A DNA stretch of 35,950 bases from an uncultured Steroidobacteraceae bacterium (GTDB taxonomy: Bacteria; Pseudomonadota; Gammaproteobacteria; Steroidobacterales; Steroidobacteraceae): positions 1-35,950 of the forward strand of contig CAYRAC010000001.1 in assembly GCA_964422045.1 (NCBI GenBank). The letters run 5' to 3'. Of the stretch, positions 8,322-17,323 are shown in pieces. The notes under the pieces were generated by a model. It saw only the letters and a program-made list of their open reading frames with translations, had not been told where the DNA came from and searched no databases. A program made the position numbers and the translations under genes. How positions within the stretch are numbered: the stretch's first letter is position 1; the number at the start of each line of letters is the position of its first letter.

Positions 8322-8851
8322 ACGGAGCCCTCCGCCCGGGAGTGTTCGTGACGCACGTGGTCCTTGAGATGGTTCAGCAGCCCCGCCAGTTGTTGCTTGG
8401 TCTTCGCAGGCAAACCGGCGAATAGCTCGATGATCCAGCGCTCGTGCGCCGCGGCCATCCTTTTGAAGAGACGTTGACCGCTCGGCGTCAGCGTCACGCG
8501 AAACGCCCGCCGATCGTGCGCATCGATCACGCGCGCGACCAGATCTTCCTTCTCCAGCAAATCGGTGATGCCGGTGACATTGCCGCCCGTGACCATCAAG
8601 CGCTTCGACAATTCGCCCATCTTGAGTCCTTCCGGGCAGCGTTCGAGCTGCGCCATCAGGTCGAAGCGCGGCAGCGTGGTGGCGAATTCGCCTTGCAGGC
8701 GCTGCCGGATATGGTTTTCGATCAGCGTCGAGCAGCTGAGCAGCCGCAGCCACAGCCGCAACGACTCATGATGGTCGTCGCGCACGCGGGTCTCGCTGTC
8801 GGATGCCGGTTCTTTGGGCGGCTTGACGCGACGCAAGGCGCTCGCCGTCAT
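8318..8851 (-). CDS. MarR-family transcriptional regulator (embedded in operon)
   Basis: Winged-helix pattern: [63 protein letters not shown]. The start at 8851 lies 1 nt from the SDR stop (8853). Confidence 0.85.
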   Translation of the reverse strand: MTASALRRVKPPKEPASDSETRVRDDHHESLRLWLRLLSCSTLIENHIRQRLQGEFATTLPRFDLMAQLERCPEGLKMGELSKRLMVTGGNVTGITDLLEKEDLVARVIDAHDRRAFRVTLTPSGQRLFKRMAAAHERWIIELFAGLPAKTKQQLAGLLNHLKDHVRHEHSRAEGSV

Positions 8852-8852
8852 G

Positions 8853-9626
8853 TCACATCACCTCGCCGCCGGCGACGGCGATGCTCTGCCCGGTCACGCT
8901 GCCGCTGCTCTCGAGGCACAGCCACAGCACCGTAGCGGCGACTTCGGCCGGCGTGACCAGCCGCCGTTGCGGGTTGTGCGCGACCAATTCGGCGAGCGCT
9001 GCCTCGGTGCCGCGGCCGGTTTTCGCGCTGATATTGGCCACCGCGGCGCGCACGATGTCGGTGTCGGTATAGCCCGGACACACGGCATTGACCGTCACGT
9101 TGCGGCGCGCCGTCTCGCGCGCCGCGGCGCGGGTCAAGCCGATCACGCCATGTTTCGACGCGCAGTAGGCGCTCACGTACGGATAGCCGACCAACCCGGC
9201 GGTGCTCGCAATATTCACGATGCGACCGAATCCGGCCTTGACCATGTCGGGCAGGCACTCGCGCATGCACAAAAAAGTGCCGGTGAGATTGACCGCCAAT
9301 ACGGAGTGCCAGAGCGCATCGCTCGTGCCGCCGAGCGGTGCGCTGTGCGCCTGGCCTGCATTGTTCACCAGGATCGCGATCGGTCCTAAGGCGTTGCGCG
9401 CTGCCGCGACGGCCGCGCGGACCGATTCGCCGTCCGCGACATCGGCCGCCTGGCAGCTGCTGCGCACGGCAGGCAGCTCCCCGGCGAGGCGTTCAAGATC
9501 GGGGCGCGAGCGGCCGAGCAAGCTGACATCGGCGCCGGCATCGGCCAGTGTGCGCGTGATCGCCGCGCCGATGCCGCGCCCTGCGCCCGTGATGAGCGCA
9601 TGCAATCCGGCGAGCGGTGCGCTCAT
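8853..9626 (-). CDS. Short-chain dehydrogenase/reductase (SDR)
   Basis: Contains ITGAGRGIGAAI (TGxxxGIG), NNAG and the YCASKHG (YxxxK) motif. I set the start at ATG 9626, which overlaps the upstream TGA by 1 nt. The tracked 410-aa ORF is over-extended. Confidence 0.9.
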   Translation of the reverse strand: MSAPLAGLHALITGAGRGIGAAITRTLADAGADVSLLGRSRPDLERLAGELPAVRSSCQAADVADGESVRAAVAAARNALGPIAILVNNAGQAHSAPLGGTSDALWHSVLAVNLTGTFLCMRECLPDMVKAGFGRIVNIASTAGLVGYPYVSAYCASKHGVIGLTRAAARETARRNVTVNAVCPGYTDTDIVRAAVANISAKTGRGTEAALAELVAHNPQRRLVTPAEVAATVLWLCLESSGSVTGQSIAVAGGEVM

Positions 9627-11911
9627 CAGACCGGACCCACGGCTTGTGCGGCCCGCTCGAGATTGCGTTCGAGTTGTGCCTTGCCGGATAGATACGGCGC
9701 AGGCCAGGCCTGCTCCTGGTAGTGCTGCTGCGCCGCCGCGCTCAATGTCCACGCGGGATTCGCCAGGTGCGGCCGCGCCAGCGCACACAGATCCGCGCGG
9801 CCCGCGGCGATGATGGAATTCACGTGATCCGCCTCGAATATATTGCCCACCGCGATGGTCGGAATCCCGATCCCGTTGCGTATCTGGTCCGAGAACGGGG
9901 TTTGCCACATGCGGCCGTAGACCGGTTTTTGGTCTGCGACCGTCTGGCCGCTCGACACGTCGAGCACATCGGCACCGGCCCGTTTGAGCGCCGCGGCAAT
10001 CGCCAACAGATCTGCTTCCGAGAGACCGCCGTCGGCCCAGTCGCAGGCGGATATTCGCGCCGACAGCGGACGCTCGGCCGGCCATACCGCGCGTACGGCC
10101 GCGAAAACCTCCAGCGGAAACTTGAGGCGCGCGCCGACATCGCCGCCGTATTCATCCTCGCGCAGATTGGTCAGGGGCGAGAGGAAACTGCCGAGCAGAT
10201 AGCCGTGCGCGAGATGCAGCTCCAACATGTCGAAATCCGCCTCGAGACCGAGCCGCGCCGAGCGCACGAACTCATCTCGAACCGCGACCATGTCCGACTC
10301 GGTCATGGCGGCGGGGATCTGGCTGATGCCGGCCATGTAGGGCAGCGCCGAGGGCGCGAGCAACGGCCAGTTACCGGTATCGAGGGGGTAATCCATGCGC
10401 TGCCAACCGAGCTGCGTCGACCCCTTGCGGCCCGAATGGCCGATCTGCAGGCAAATCTTGGCGCGCGAATGCGCATGAACGAAATCGACGATCCGCCGCC
10501 ACGCATCGCGCTGCGCCTCGTTCCACAATCCCGTACATCCCGGCGTGATCCGCCCCGACGGGGAAACGCAGGTCATCTCGGTGAACAAGAGCCCCGCACC
10601 GCCCACCGCGCGCGCGCCGTAGTGCATCAGGTGCCAGTCATCGGGCATGCCGTCTTTGGCCATGTATTGCGCCATGGGCGAGACCACCACACGATTCTCG
10701 AGCCGCATGCCGGCAAGCGTGATCGGCAAGAACATCGGCGGCCGCTCGCCCTCGGCGAGACCGCTGCGCGCCGCGAACCAGCGCTCATAGCGCTGCACGA
10801 ATCCTGCGTCGCGCAGCTTGAGGTTCGCATGCCCGATGCGCTGGCTGCCCGTGAGCAGCGCATAGGCGAACTGCTTGGGTTCGAGTTCGGCGTAGCGAGC
10901 GACATTCTCGAACCACTCCATTCGATTGCGTGCCGCGCTCTGCAGTTTGAGCGCCTCGAGACTGCGCTCCGCCTGGTAGGTGATCAGTCCCGCCGGCACG
11001 TCCGCCGCGCCCGCCACGCGGGCGACCAGCGACATGGCGTCTTCCATCGCGAGCTTGGTGCCGGAGCCGATACCAAAATGCGCGGTATGCGCCGCATCGC
11101 CGATCAACACGAGGTTCTTGTGGTGCCATTGCGCGCATAGCACGCGGTTGAAGCGCAGCCAGGCGGATCCGCGCAGGTGGTTCGCGTTGCTCATGAGCGG
11201 GCAGCCGCCCAAATACTTCGCGAACAACGACTCGCAAAAGGCGATCGACTGCGCGGCGCTGAACGTGTCGATGCCATGGGCGCGCCAGGTCTCCTCGCGC
11301 GTCTCGACGATGACGGTGGAGAGATCGTCGCTGAACTGATAGGCATGGATCTGGAACCACCCATGCGCGGTTTTTTCGAAGGCGAATGTGAAGGCGGCAA
11401 ATGTCTGCCGCGTACCGAGCCAGATGAAGCGGCATTGGCCGACGGCGATATTCGGCTGGAACACCGCGGCATAGCGCGTGCGGATTTTACTGTTCACGCC
11501 ATCGGACGCGACCGTGAGATCGGCATCGGCGAACGGCGCAAGATCATCGACCTCCGCTTGAAAATGCTGTTCGACGCCGAGCGCTCGAGCGCGCTCTTGA
11601 AAGATATTGAGCAGCCGGCGCCGGCCGATCCCGCAAAAGCCGTGACCGCCCGAACGAATCGTCTCGCCGCGGAAGTGCACGTCGATGTCGTCCCAGTGGT
11701 GGAAATCCTGCGTGATTGCATCGTGGGTCGGAGGGTCCGCCGCGCGGAAACCCGACATCGTCTGATCCGAGAAGACCACGCCCCAGCCGAAGGTATCGTC
11801 CGGCCGATTGCGTTCATGCACTTCGACCTTGACCGCCGGCAGCGCCTTCTTCAGCAGGATCGCGCCGTACAAGCCTGCGGGACCGCCACCGATGAACACG
11901 ACGCGCTTCAT
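9626..11911 (-). CDS. Bifunctional FAD-dependent aromatic-CoA monooxygenase / OYE-type NADH:flavin oxidoreductase (2-aminobenzoyl-CoA monooxygenase/reductase or salicylyl-CoA 5-hydroxylase family)
   Basis: The product is 761 aa. The N-terminal half has [17 protein letters not shown] (GxGxxG) and [24 protein letters not shown] (flavoprotein hydroxylase). The C-terminal half has [13 protein letters not shown]...[23 protein letters not shown]...[10 protein letters not shown] (old yellow enzyme family). Confidence 0.85.
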   Translation of the reverse strand: MKRVVFIGGGPAGLYGAILLKKALPAVKVEVHERNRPDDTFGWGVVFSDQTMSGFRAADPPTHDAITQDFHHWDDIDVHFRGETIRSGGHGFCGIGRRRLLNIFQERARALGVEQHFQAEVDDLAPFADADLTVASDGVNSKIRTRYAAVFQPNIAVGQCRFIWLGTRQTFAAFTFAFEKTAHGWFQIHAYQFSDDLSTVIVETREETWRAHGIDTFSAAQSIAFCESLFAKYLGGCPLMSNANHLRGSAWLRFNRVLCAQWHHKNLVLIGDAAHTAHFGIGSGTKLAMEDAMSLVARVAGAADVPAGLITYQAERSLEALKLQSAARNRMEWFENVARYAELEPKQFAYALLTGSQRIGHANLKLRDAGFVQRYERWFAARSGLAEGERPPMFLPITLAGMRLENRVVVSPMAQYMAKDGMPDDWHLMHYGARAVGGAGLLFTEMTCVSPSGRITPGCTGLWNEAQRDAWRRIVDFVHAHSRAKICLQIGHSGRKGSTQLGWQRMDYPLDTGNWPLLAPSALPYMAGISQIPAAMTESDMVAVRDEFVRSARLGLEADFDMLELHLAHGYLLGSFLSPLTNLREDEYGGDVGARLKFPLEVFAAVRAVWPAERPLSARISACDWADGGLSEADLLAIAAALKRAGADVLDVSSGQTVADQKPVYGRMWQTPFSDQIRNGIGIPTIAVGNIFEADHVNSIIAAGRADLCALARPHLANPAWTLSAAAQQHYQEQAWPAPYLSGKAQLERNLERAAQAVGPV

Positions 11912-11917
11912 GGCCTC

Positions 11918-11946
11918 ACAATAGATGCGGATACTTTAGATGTCAA
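11918..11946 (-). promoter_or_regulatory. Candidate sigma70-type promoter TTGACA-N17-TATTGT directly upstream of the monooxygenase/reductase ATG
   Basis: The minus strand reads TTGACA (11946-11941), a 17-nt spacer, TATTGT (11923-11918), then GAGGCC and ATG (11911). This is the most AT-rich stretch between iorB and the next gene. Confidence 0.35.
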
Positions 11947-11956
11947 ATATATGCGG

Positions 11957-13429
11957 TCAACCGGCCGCGAGCGCCTTGGACAACGCCTCTCCCTCGTCAT
12001 CGGCGAGTGCCGCGGCGCACAGCGTACGCACCCTGGCGGCCGCCTCGCGACGCTGCGGACGGTCGTCGAGATCGGCAAGGATGGCGTTGAAACTCGCCGT
12101 GCCGCGCTCGTGGGTTTCGCCATAACCCTTCACCAGCCGTTGGCACTCGGCGATCTCCAGCGCCAGCGCGTAGTCCTGGCGCGCGGTTTGCCCGATGAAA
12201 TCGAGCCAGCGGCCGATGCGTCGCTCCTCGTCCGCGTAGCGCAAGGTGTTTCGGCGCCAACGCCTCAAACTGGCGAGCCAGTAAAGCTGCACGAAGCCCC
12301 CAATGCTCGTGGTCTCGATCCGCCGGCCGCGTGTCAGACGCGTCAGCCAGCGCCGCGGCCGCTTCGAGCGCAGGATCCAGCGGCCGAGGCGCGTCGGCAG
12401 CGTCCCACACAGCTCCTCGATCCGCGGCTTCATGAATTCGGTGACCGCAACCAGTTGGCGCTCTGACGGTCGAAGCTCCTCGAGCACGCGTCGCGTCCGG
12501 GCGCTGCGAATCTTCAAATCCGCAACGCGGATCGTATCCTCGAAGGACATCCACAGGGCGAGACCGCGCGCCACCGACTCGCTCAAAGGGCACTCGGCGC
12601 GTGACGGTTCCAATGCGATGACGGCCTCGAGCCGGTCGAGATACAGGCGCGCATAGGCGCAGTCTTGGTAGTCGAGCATCCGGCGCACTCCCTCGCGCGC
12701 CACAGCCTGGACCGACGCCGGCACGCGGCTGCGGATTCGCTCCTCCCAACCGCCCGACAGCGCGCGCGGCGGCGCAGCTTGCGGCGCAGCATCCGCCTGC
12801 GGGGCGCCGCCAGCCGCAGCGCGCGCCGCCTCGAACGCGCGGCTGCTCGATAGCGCTTCGATGCCGCTCGCACGGATCGCTGCGGTGTAGTGGTCGGGCG
12901 CGAAGGGTAGCGCACCGGAACCACACAGCGCGCCCAGCATCGCAGCGCTGATGACGCTGCCGCTGGCTTCTGCCACGGCCTGCATGTCGATTTCAACGTA
13001 GCGTCCCGCATGCTGGCGTGCGAGCTCGCGCACCCGGCTCGCATCGGCGCGGCCGTCGCCCCTGTGCGATTTCTCTTGTATCGAGAAAATCCGATGCGAC
13101 GACGCGATGAGCGTGGTGCGCTCGGTCACGAGCCCGCGCTGCATCGCCCGCCCGGCCTCCATGATTTCCGAAGCAATGACCACATCCACATCGCCGGGAT
13201 GCGGCATCAGCGCAAATATCGGCCGCTGGCCGGCGGGAATGCCCGCAATCGGAAAGAATTCCAAGTAGTAGATGGTGGCGCCGGTTCTTTGCGCGACCCC
13301 GGGAACGGACGTCGCCTGCGCCAGATAGCCCGATCGCCGGGCGACATCGATCAGCCAATCGGCGACGACCCCGCCGCCCTGCCCGCCCAATGCGGCGATG
13401 GTTAAGGTGATGGGCTTCGCTTCGCTCAC
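11957..13429 (-). CDS. iorB: Indolepyruvate/aryl-2-oxoacid:ferredoxin oxidoreductase, beta subunit (long form with C-terminal extension)
   Basis: Begins (GTG) SEAKPITLTIAALGGQGGGVVADWL...AQATSVPGVAQRTGATIYYLE, which is POR-gamma/IorB-like. The GTG at 13429 overlaps the iorA stop (GTGA). The roughly 300-aa C-terminal region resembles the domain seen in bacterial IOR-family proteins. Confidence 0.8.
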   Translation of the reverse strand: MSEAKPITLTIAALGGQGGGVVADWLIDVARRSGYLAQATSVPGVAQRTGATIYYLEFFPIAGIPAGQRPIFALMPHPGDVDVVIASEIMEAGRAMQRGLVTERTTLIASSHRIFSIQEKSHRGDGRADASRVRELARQHAGRYVEIDMQAVAEASGSVISAAMLGALCGSGALPFAPDHYTAAIRASGIEALSSSRAFEAARAAAGGAPQADAAPQAAPPRALSGGWEERIRSRVPASVQAVAREGVRRMLDYQDCAYARLYLDRLEAVIALEPSRAECPLSESVARGLALWMSFEDTIRVADLKIRSARTRRVLEELRPSERQLVAVTEFMKPRIEELCGTLPTRLGRWILRSKRPRRWLTRLTRGRRIETTSIGGFVQLYWLASLRRWRRNTLRYADEERRIGRWLDFIGQTARQDYALALEIAECQRLVKGYGETHERGTASFNAILADLDDRPQRREAAARVRTLCAAALADDEGEALSKALAAG

Positions 13430-15567
13430 ACCGATTCCTCGGCGATGCGCGCCAGGCGCCGGTCGAAACGACGCTGCAGGTAGCCGATCAGCGACGCTCG
13501 GATGCGGGCTTTCACCCGATCCCACACGCCGGGATTGGTAATGACGTCCGCCCGGTAGAAACTCGGACACAGGACCGCCGCGTGCGCGACTTCGCCGCAT
13601 ACGCCGCATCCGACGCAGCTATTGTCGACATGCGCGACCGGATCGCGCCGCAAGGGGTCCGGATTGGCCTTGATGGTGAGAGACGGGCAGCCGGAGAGGC
13701 GAATGCACGAGTGATCCCCGGTGCACACATCCGGATCGATGCCGAATCGTTGACGCACCACGCGCTTGCCCTCGGCGGCCATGCGCTTTAACTGTGGTGC
13801 CACCCGCCGCTTGCGGTTCAACTCGCACTCGCCCTGCGCGATGATCACCTTCGGCCCCTTGTACGCCGTGGTCAACGCTTCGCGCAGCGCCGCGATGCCC
13901 TCCTGCATTTTATAGGTATGGACCGTGCGCACCCAATCCACCCCGACGCCGCGCACCGCACGCTCGATCGGATTGCGGCCCTTGCGATGTTTGAGGTCCG
14001 CCCGCGACGACGGAATGTACTGGCCGCCGGTCGCTGCGGCATAGCCGTTGTCGACGATCACCGTGACCGAATCGTGCTGGTTGAATACCGAATTTCCGAT
14101 GCCGCTCGACAGGCCGTTGTGCCAGAAGCCGCCATCGCCCATGATTGATATCGAGCGCCGGCCGTGCCCGCCGCTCAAGGCGGCGCCGCTGGCAGCGCCC
14201 AGTCCATAGCCCATGATGCTCGCCCCGGTATTGAACGGCGGCAACGTCGCGAACGAGTGACAGCCGATGTCGGCGCTGACGTGCACGCTGCCCAATTCCC
14301 GCTGCACGAGTTTCATCGATGAGAAGAACGGCCGCTCGGGACAACCGGTGCACAGGCCCGGCGGACGCGCCGGCACCGCCTTGCGCAACTCGGCGATCGG
14401 CAGCAGCGGCCGTTCGCTGGCCGGGTCCGAAGGCAAGGCGCGCGGCGCCCACTCCGTGAGGAAGGTCTTGATCCCGGCGCTGACGACCGCGCCCGTATAT
14501 TCGCCGGCCATGGGCAGCGGCCCCTTGCCGACGATGCGCGTCTCGATATCCGCGTTGCGCAAGAATTGATTGACGCTTTGCTCGATATATTCCGGCTGGC
14601 CTTCCTCGATGATCAACAGCGCGCGCTTGGCCCTGGCAAACTGCCGGAACTCCTCCGCAACCAACGGATAGGTGACATTGAGCACATACAGGGGAATGCG
14701 CGACTTGCCGAAGACGTCGGCGAGACCCAGCAGCTGCAAAGACCTGAGTACCGTGTTGAAAAGCCCGCCCTGCATCACGATGCCGACATCGATATCGCCG
14801 GCCTGCATTTCGTTCAAGCGGTTGTCGATGATGAAGCGCACCGCCGCGGGCCAGCGCGCGTCGACCTTGTCCTGTTCCTGGGCATAGGTCGCCGGCGGCA
14901 GGATGATGCGCTCCGCCGAGCGCTGCGGATGTTCGAGTGCCTCGCGAATCGCGAACCGCGGCGCGAGGTTGTCCTTGGCGACGAACGAGCCGTACATGTG
15001 GCACGCGCGAATCCGCAGCATCAGCATCACCGGCGTTCGACTGGCCTCGGATAGTTCGAAACCGCGCTCGACCATATCGACGATGGCGCGCGTGTCGGGC
15101 TTCGGATCGAGCAGCCAAATCTGCGACTTCATCGCAAACGCGTGCGAGCGCTCCTGCATGATGCTCGCGCCCTCGCCATAGTCCTCGCCGACGATCATGA
15201 GTGCGCCGCCCCGCACGCCGGCCGACGCCAGGTTGGAAAGCGCATCGGATGCGACGTTGGTGCCGACCGTCGATTTCCACGTTACCGCGCCGCGCAGCGG
15301 GTAATTGATCGACGCGGCCAACATCGCCGCCGCGCCGGCCTCGGACGCGCTCGATTCGAAATGCACGCCGAGTTCGTCCAGGATCTCGCGCGCATCGGCG
15401 AGCACGTCCATCAAATGCGAGACCGGCGCTCCCTGATAGCCGCCGACATAGGCAACGCCCGCCTGCAGCAACGCTTTGGTCACGGCAAGAATGGCCTCGC
15501 CTTCGAACAGCTCGCCGGCACCGAGCCTGAGCGATTGAACTTCACGTGCGAACGATCGCTCTGCCAT
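13426..15567 (-). CDS. iorA: Indolepyruvate/aryl-2-oxoacid:ferredoxin oxidoreductase, alpha subunit (TPP + Fe-S)
   Basis: The product is 713 aa. It has the TPP-binding pattern GDGGFWHNGLSSGIGNSVFN and the C-terminal Cys clusters CTGDHSCIRLSGCPS and CVGCGVCGEVAHAAVLCPS. The N-terminus VAYVGGYQGAPVSH is typical of IorA. Confidence 0.9.
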   Translation of the reverse strand: MAERSFAREVQSLRLGAGELFEGEAILAVTKALLQAGVAYVGGYQGAPVSHLMDVLADAREILDELGVHFESSASEAGAAAMLAASINYPLRGAVTWKSTVGTNVASDALSNLASAGVRGGALMIVGEDYGEGASIMQERSHAFAMKSQIWLLDPKPDTRAIVDMVERGFELSEASRTPVMLMLRIRACHMYGSFVAKDNLAPRFAIREALEHPQRSAERIILPPATYAQEQDKVDARWPAAVRFIIDNRLNEMQAGDIDVGIVMQGGLFNTVLRSLQLLGLADVFGKSRIPLYVLNVTYPLVAEEFRQFARAKRALLIIEEGQPEYIEQSVNQFLRNADIETRIVGKGPLPMAGEYTGAVVSAGIKTFLTEWAPRALPSDPASERPLLPIAELRKAVPARPPGLCTGCPERPFFSSMKLVQRELGSVHVSADIGCHSFATLPPFNTGASIMGYGLGAASGAALSGGHGRRSISIMGDGGFWHNGLSSGIGNSVFNQHDSVTVIVDNGYAAATGGQYIPSSRADLKHRKGRNPIERAVRGVGVDWVRTVHTYKMQEGIAALREALTTAYKGPKVIIAQGECELNRKRRVAPQLKRMAAEGKRVVRQRFGIDPDVCTGDHSCIRLSGCPSLTIKANPDPLRRDPVAHVDNSCVGCGVCGEVAHAAVLCPSFYRADVITNPGVWDRVKARIRASLIGYLQRRFDRRLARIAEESV

Positions 15568-15600
15568 GACCGCGCCTTGAGTGGCTTCGAGTGACCTGCA

Positions 15601-15628
15601 ATACTATTCTCGTTACGTGATTTTGCAA
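15601..15628 (-). promoter_or_regulatory. Candidate iorA promoter (TTGCAA-N16-TAGTAT on minus strand) within the iorA/marR divergent region
   Basis: The minus strand reads TTGCAA (15628-15623), a 16-nt spacer and TAGTAT (15606-15601). An AAGG SD lies 7 nt before the ATG at 15567. A TGCAA(T)(A)CTATT repeat occurs at 15598-15609 and 15625-15634. Confidence 0.25.
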
Positions 15629-15645
15629 CTATTGAGGAGCAACCG

Positions 15646-16137
15646 GTGCCCCGAGCAACAGCCGACGCCAAGCGCCGCGGCGATCCGCAATCCGCCCAAT
15701 TTCGCCTCAGCGACTCGCCGCTGTACCTGATCGTGCGCACCGCCGGCCGTTATGCGCAGGAACTCGAGAACGCCTTGCACGCCTCCGGCATGGACCTCTT
15801 GAGCTGGCGCGCGCTGATGATCGTCACCGAGGCAAGCCCGAGCAGCGTCAGCGAAATCGCCGAGCGCTCGGTGACCCGGCTCTCGACGATGACCCGGGTG
15901 GTGCAGCGCCTGCAAAGAAAGAAGCTGGTAAAACTTGCCAAGCGGCGTTCCGATGCCCGCGTGACGGAGGTTCATCTGACTGCCCTCGGCAAGCGCTGCG
16001 TTGAGAACGAACGCGCCACGGCCGGTGAAATCTACCGCCGCGCCACGCGCGATTTGACGCCCTCGGATATCACCACGCTGAAACGGTTGACGCGGCGACT
16101 TTTCGCGAACTTGTCACCGCAGGCGGCCCGGGGATAA
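15646..16137 (+). CDS. MarR-family transcriptional regulator (divergent from iorAB)
   Basis: Contains LSWRALMIVTEASPSSVSEIAERSVTRLSTMTRVVQRLQRKKLVKLAKRRSDARVTEVHLTALG. The GTG start is preceded by a GAGGAG SD. Confidence 0.85.
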   Translation: MPRATADAKRRGDPQSAQFRLSDSPLYLIVRTAGRYAQELENALHASGMDLLSWRALMIVTEASPSSVSEIAERSVTRLSTMTRVVQRLQRKKLVKLAKRRSDARVTEVHLTALGKRCVENERATAGEIYRRATRDLTPSDITTLKRLTRRLFANLSPQAARG

Positions 16138-17235
16138 CGCGGCCGCATCGACGCCGCACGCGGCGAGCCGCGGCAGCGTTGCCGCGCCGGTTATTTGCGC
16201 GACCGCGAGTTCGGCGAGCGCCGGCGCCGTCTGTATGCCGTAGCCGCCTTGACCCGCCAACCAGTAGAAACCGCGCGCCTGCGGGTCGAATCCGGCGACC
16301 GGCGTGCGATCTTTGGCAAAGGTTCGAAGTCCCGCCCACGCACTCAAGGGCCGATCGACGCTGAGGCGGGTGGCCGCTTCGACCCGGGCAATGGTGAGCG
16401 CCACGTCGTAGTCGTCCGGTTGCGCATCGCAGGGCGGGCTCGGCGTCTCGTCGGCGGGCGACAGCAGCAAGGCACCGGCATCGGCACGCAAGTACCACTG
16501 TTCGGATACATCGACGATGAAGGGCCAATCCGCCGCCACCCAGGGCGCGCAACTCACGCGCACCGCGGTGCGCCGGCGCGGCTCGAGGCCGACTGCGGCC
16601 ACACCCGCGGCGCGCGCCACCTCATCCGCCCATGCGCCGGCGGCGTTGACGACGACCGGCGCAAGAATCTCATGGGCCCCGGCGCGGATGAGCCACGCAT
16701 CGTCCACGAGTTCGAGCCGGGTCACTTCGGCCTCGCGATACGGCCGGCCGCCGCGCGCGCGGAACTGGCGCGCGTAGTGGTCGACGACGGCGGCCACATC
16801 GATGTCTCGAGCATCCGCATCGAGCAGCGCCGCCGCGAGCAGCTCGGGCTTGAGCATCGGGCACAGCCGCAGCGCTGCTTGCGGCCCCAAAATTTCAACG
16901 TGGGAAGTGGCGGCAGAGAGCGTTGCGTGCAGCGCCTTGAGCTCGTCTTGCTGGGTGGCGGCCGCGACGAACAGCGCGCCGCGCGGTCGCGTAAATTGCG
17001 CAGCTTGGTCGCCGCCCAAATAGAAATCGCGGCTGGCGCGCGTCAGCGCACGGACCGCCGTGTTGCCATAAGACTCTGCGAACAGCGCGGCCGAGCGGCC
17101 CGTCGAGTGATAAGCCCAATGCGGCTCGCGTTCCACCAGCACGACGCTGCGCGCGGCGGCGAGGCCCGCCGCGACGGACAGACCCGCCAAACCGCCGCCG
17201 ATGACGCAGATGTCGAATCGTTCAGCCGTACTCAT
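16114..17235 (-). CDS. FAD-dependent oxidoreductase (DAO / glycine-D-amino-acid oxidase-like)
   Basis: FDICVIGGGLAGLSVAAGL (GxGxxG) lies at the N-terminus and the C-terminus has GQGGYGIQTAPAL. I set the start at ATG 17235 (MSTAERF). The 3' end overlaps the convergent MarR by 24 nt. Confidence 0.8.
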   Translation of the reverse strand: MSTAERFDICVIGGGLAGLSVAAGLAAARSVVLVEREPHWAYHSTGRSAALFAESYGNTAVRALTRASRDFYLGGDQAAQFTRPRGALFVAAATQQDELKALHATLSAATSHVEILGPQAALRLCPMLKPELLAAALLDADARDIDVAAVVDHYARQFRARGGRPYREAEVTRLELVDDAWLIRAGAHEILAPVVVNAAGAWADEVARAAGVAAVGLEPRRRTAVRVSCAPWVAADWPFIVDVSEQWYLRADAGALLLSPADETPSPPCDAQPDDYDVALTIARVEAATRLSVDRPLSAWAGLRTFAKDRTPVAGFDPQARGFYWLAGQGGYGIQTAPALAELAVAQITGAATLPRLAACGVDAAALSPGRLR

Positions 17236-17323
17236 CCCCTGTGCGGCGCTCCGTTGAGGTCGCGCGCCCATCTTATGCTAGGCTAAATTCCTCGTGTCGA
17301 CCTGATTTGAGCACAAAAGAACC

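Noticed and set aside
7512-8753. Over-extended N-termini in tracked ORFs (7512-8753, 8853-10085, 11957-13609, 21153-23033, 23357-25477, 30250-30900, 33279-34640, 6308-7549, 16114-17271).
   Set aside because: The extensions overlap the upstream gene and are low-complexity. Each contains an internal ATG or GTG exactly at, or within a few nt of, the upstream stop, where the recognisable family N-terminus begins. The shorter starts were used.
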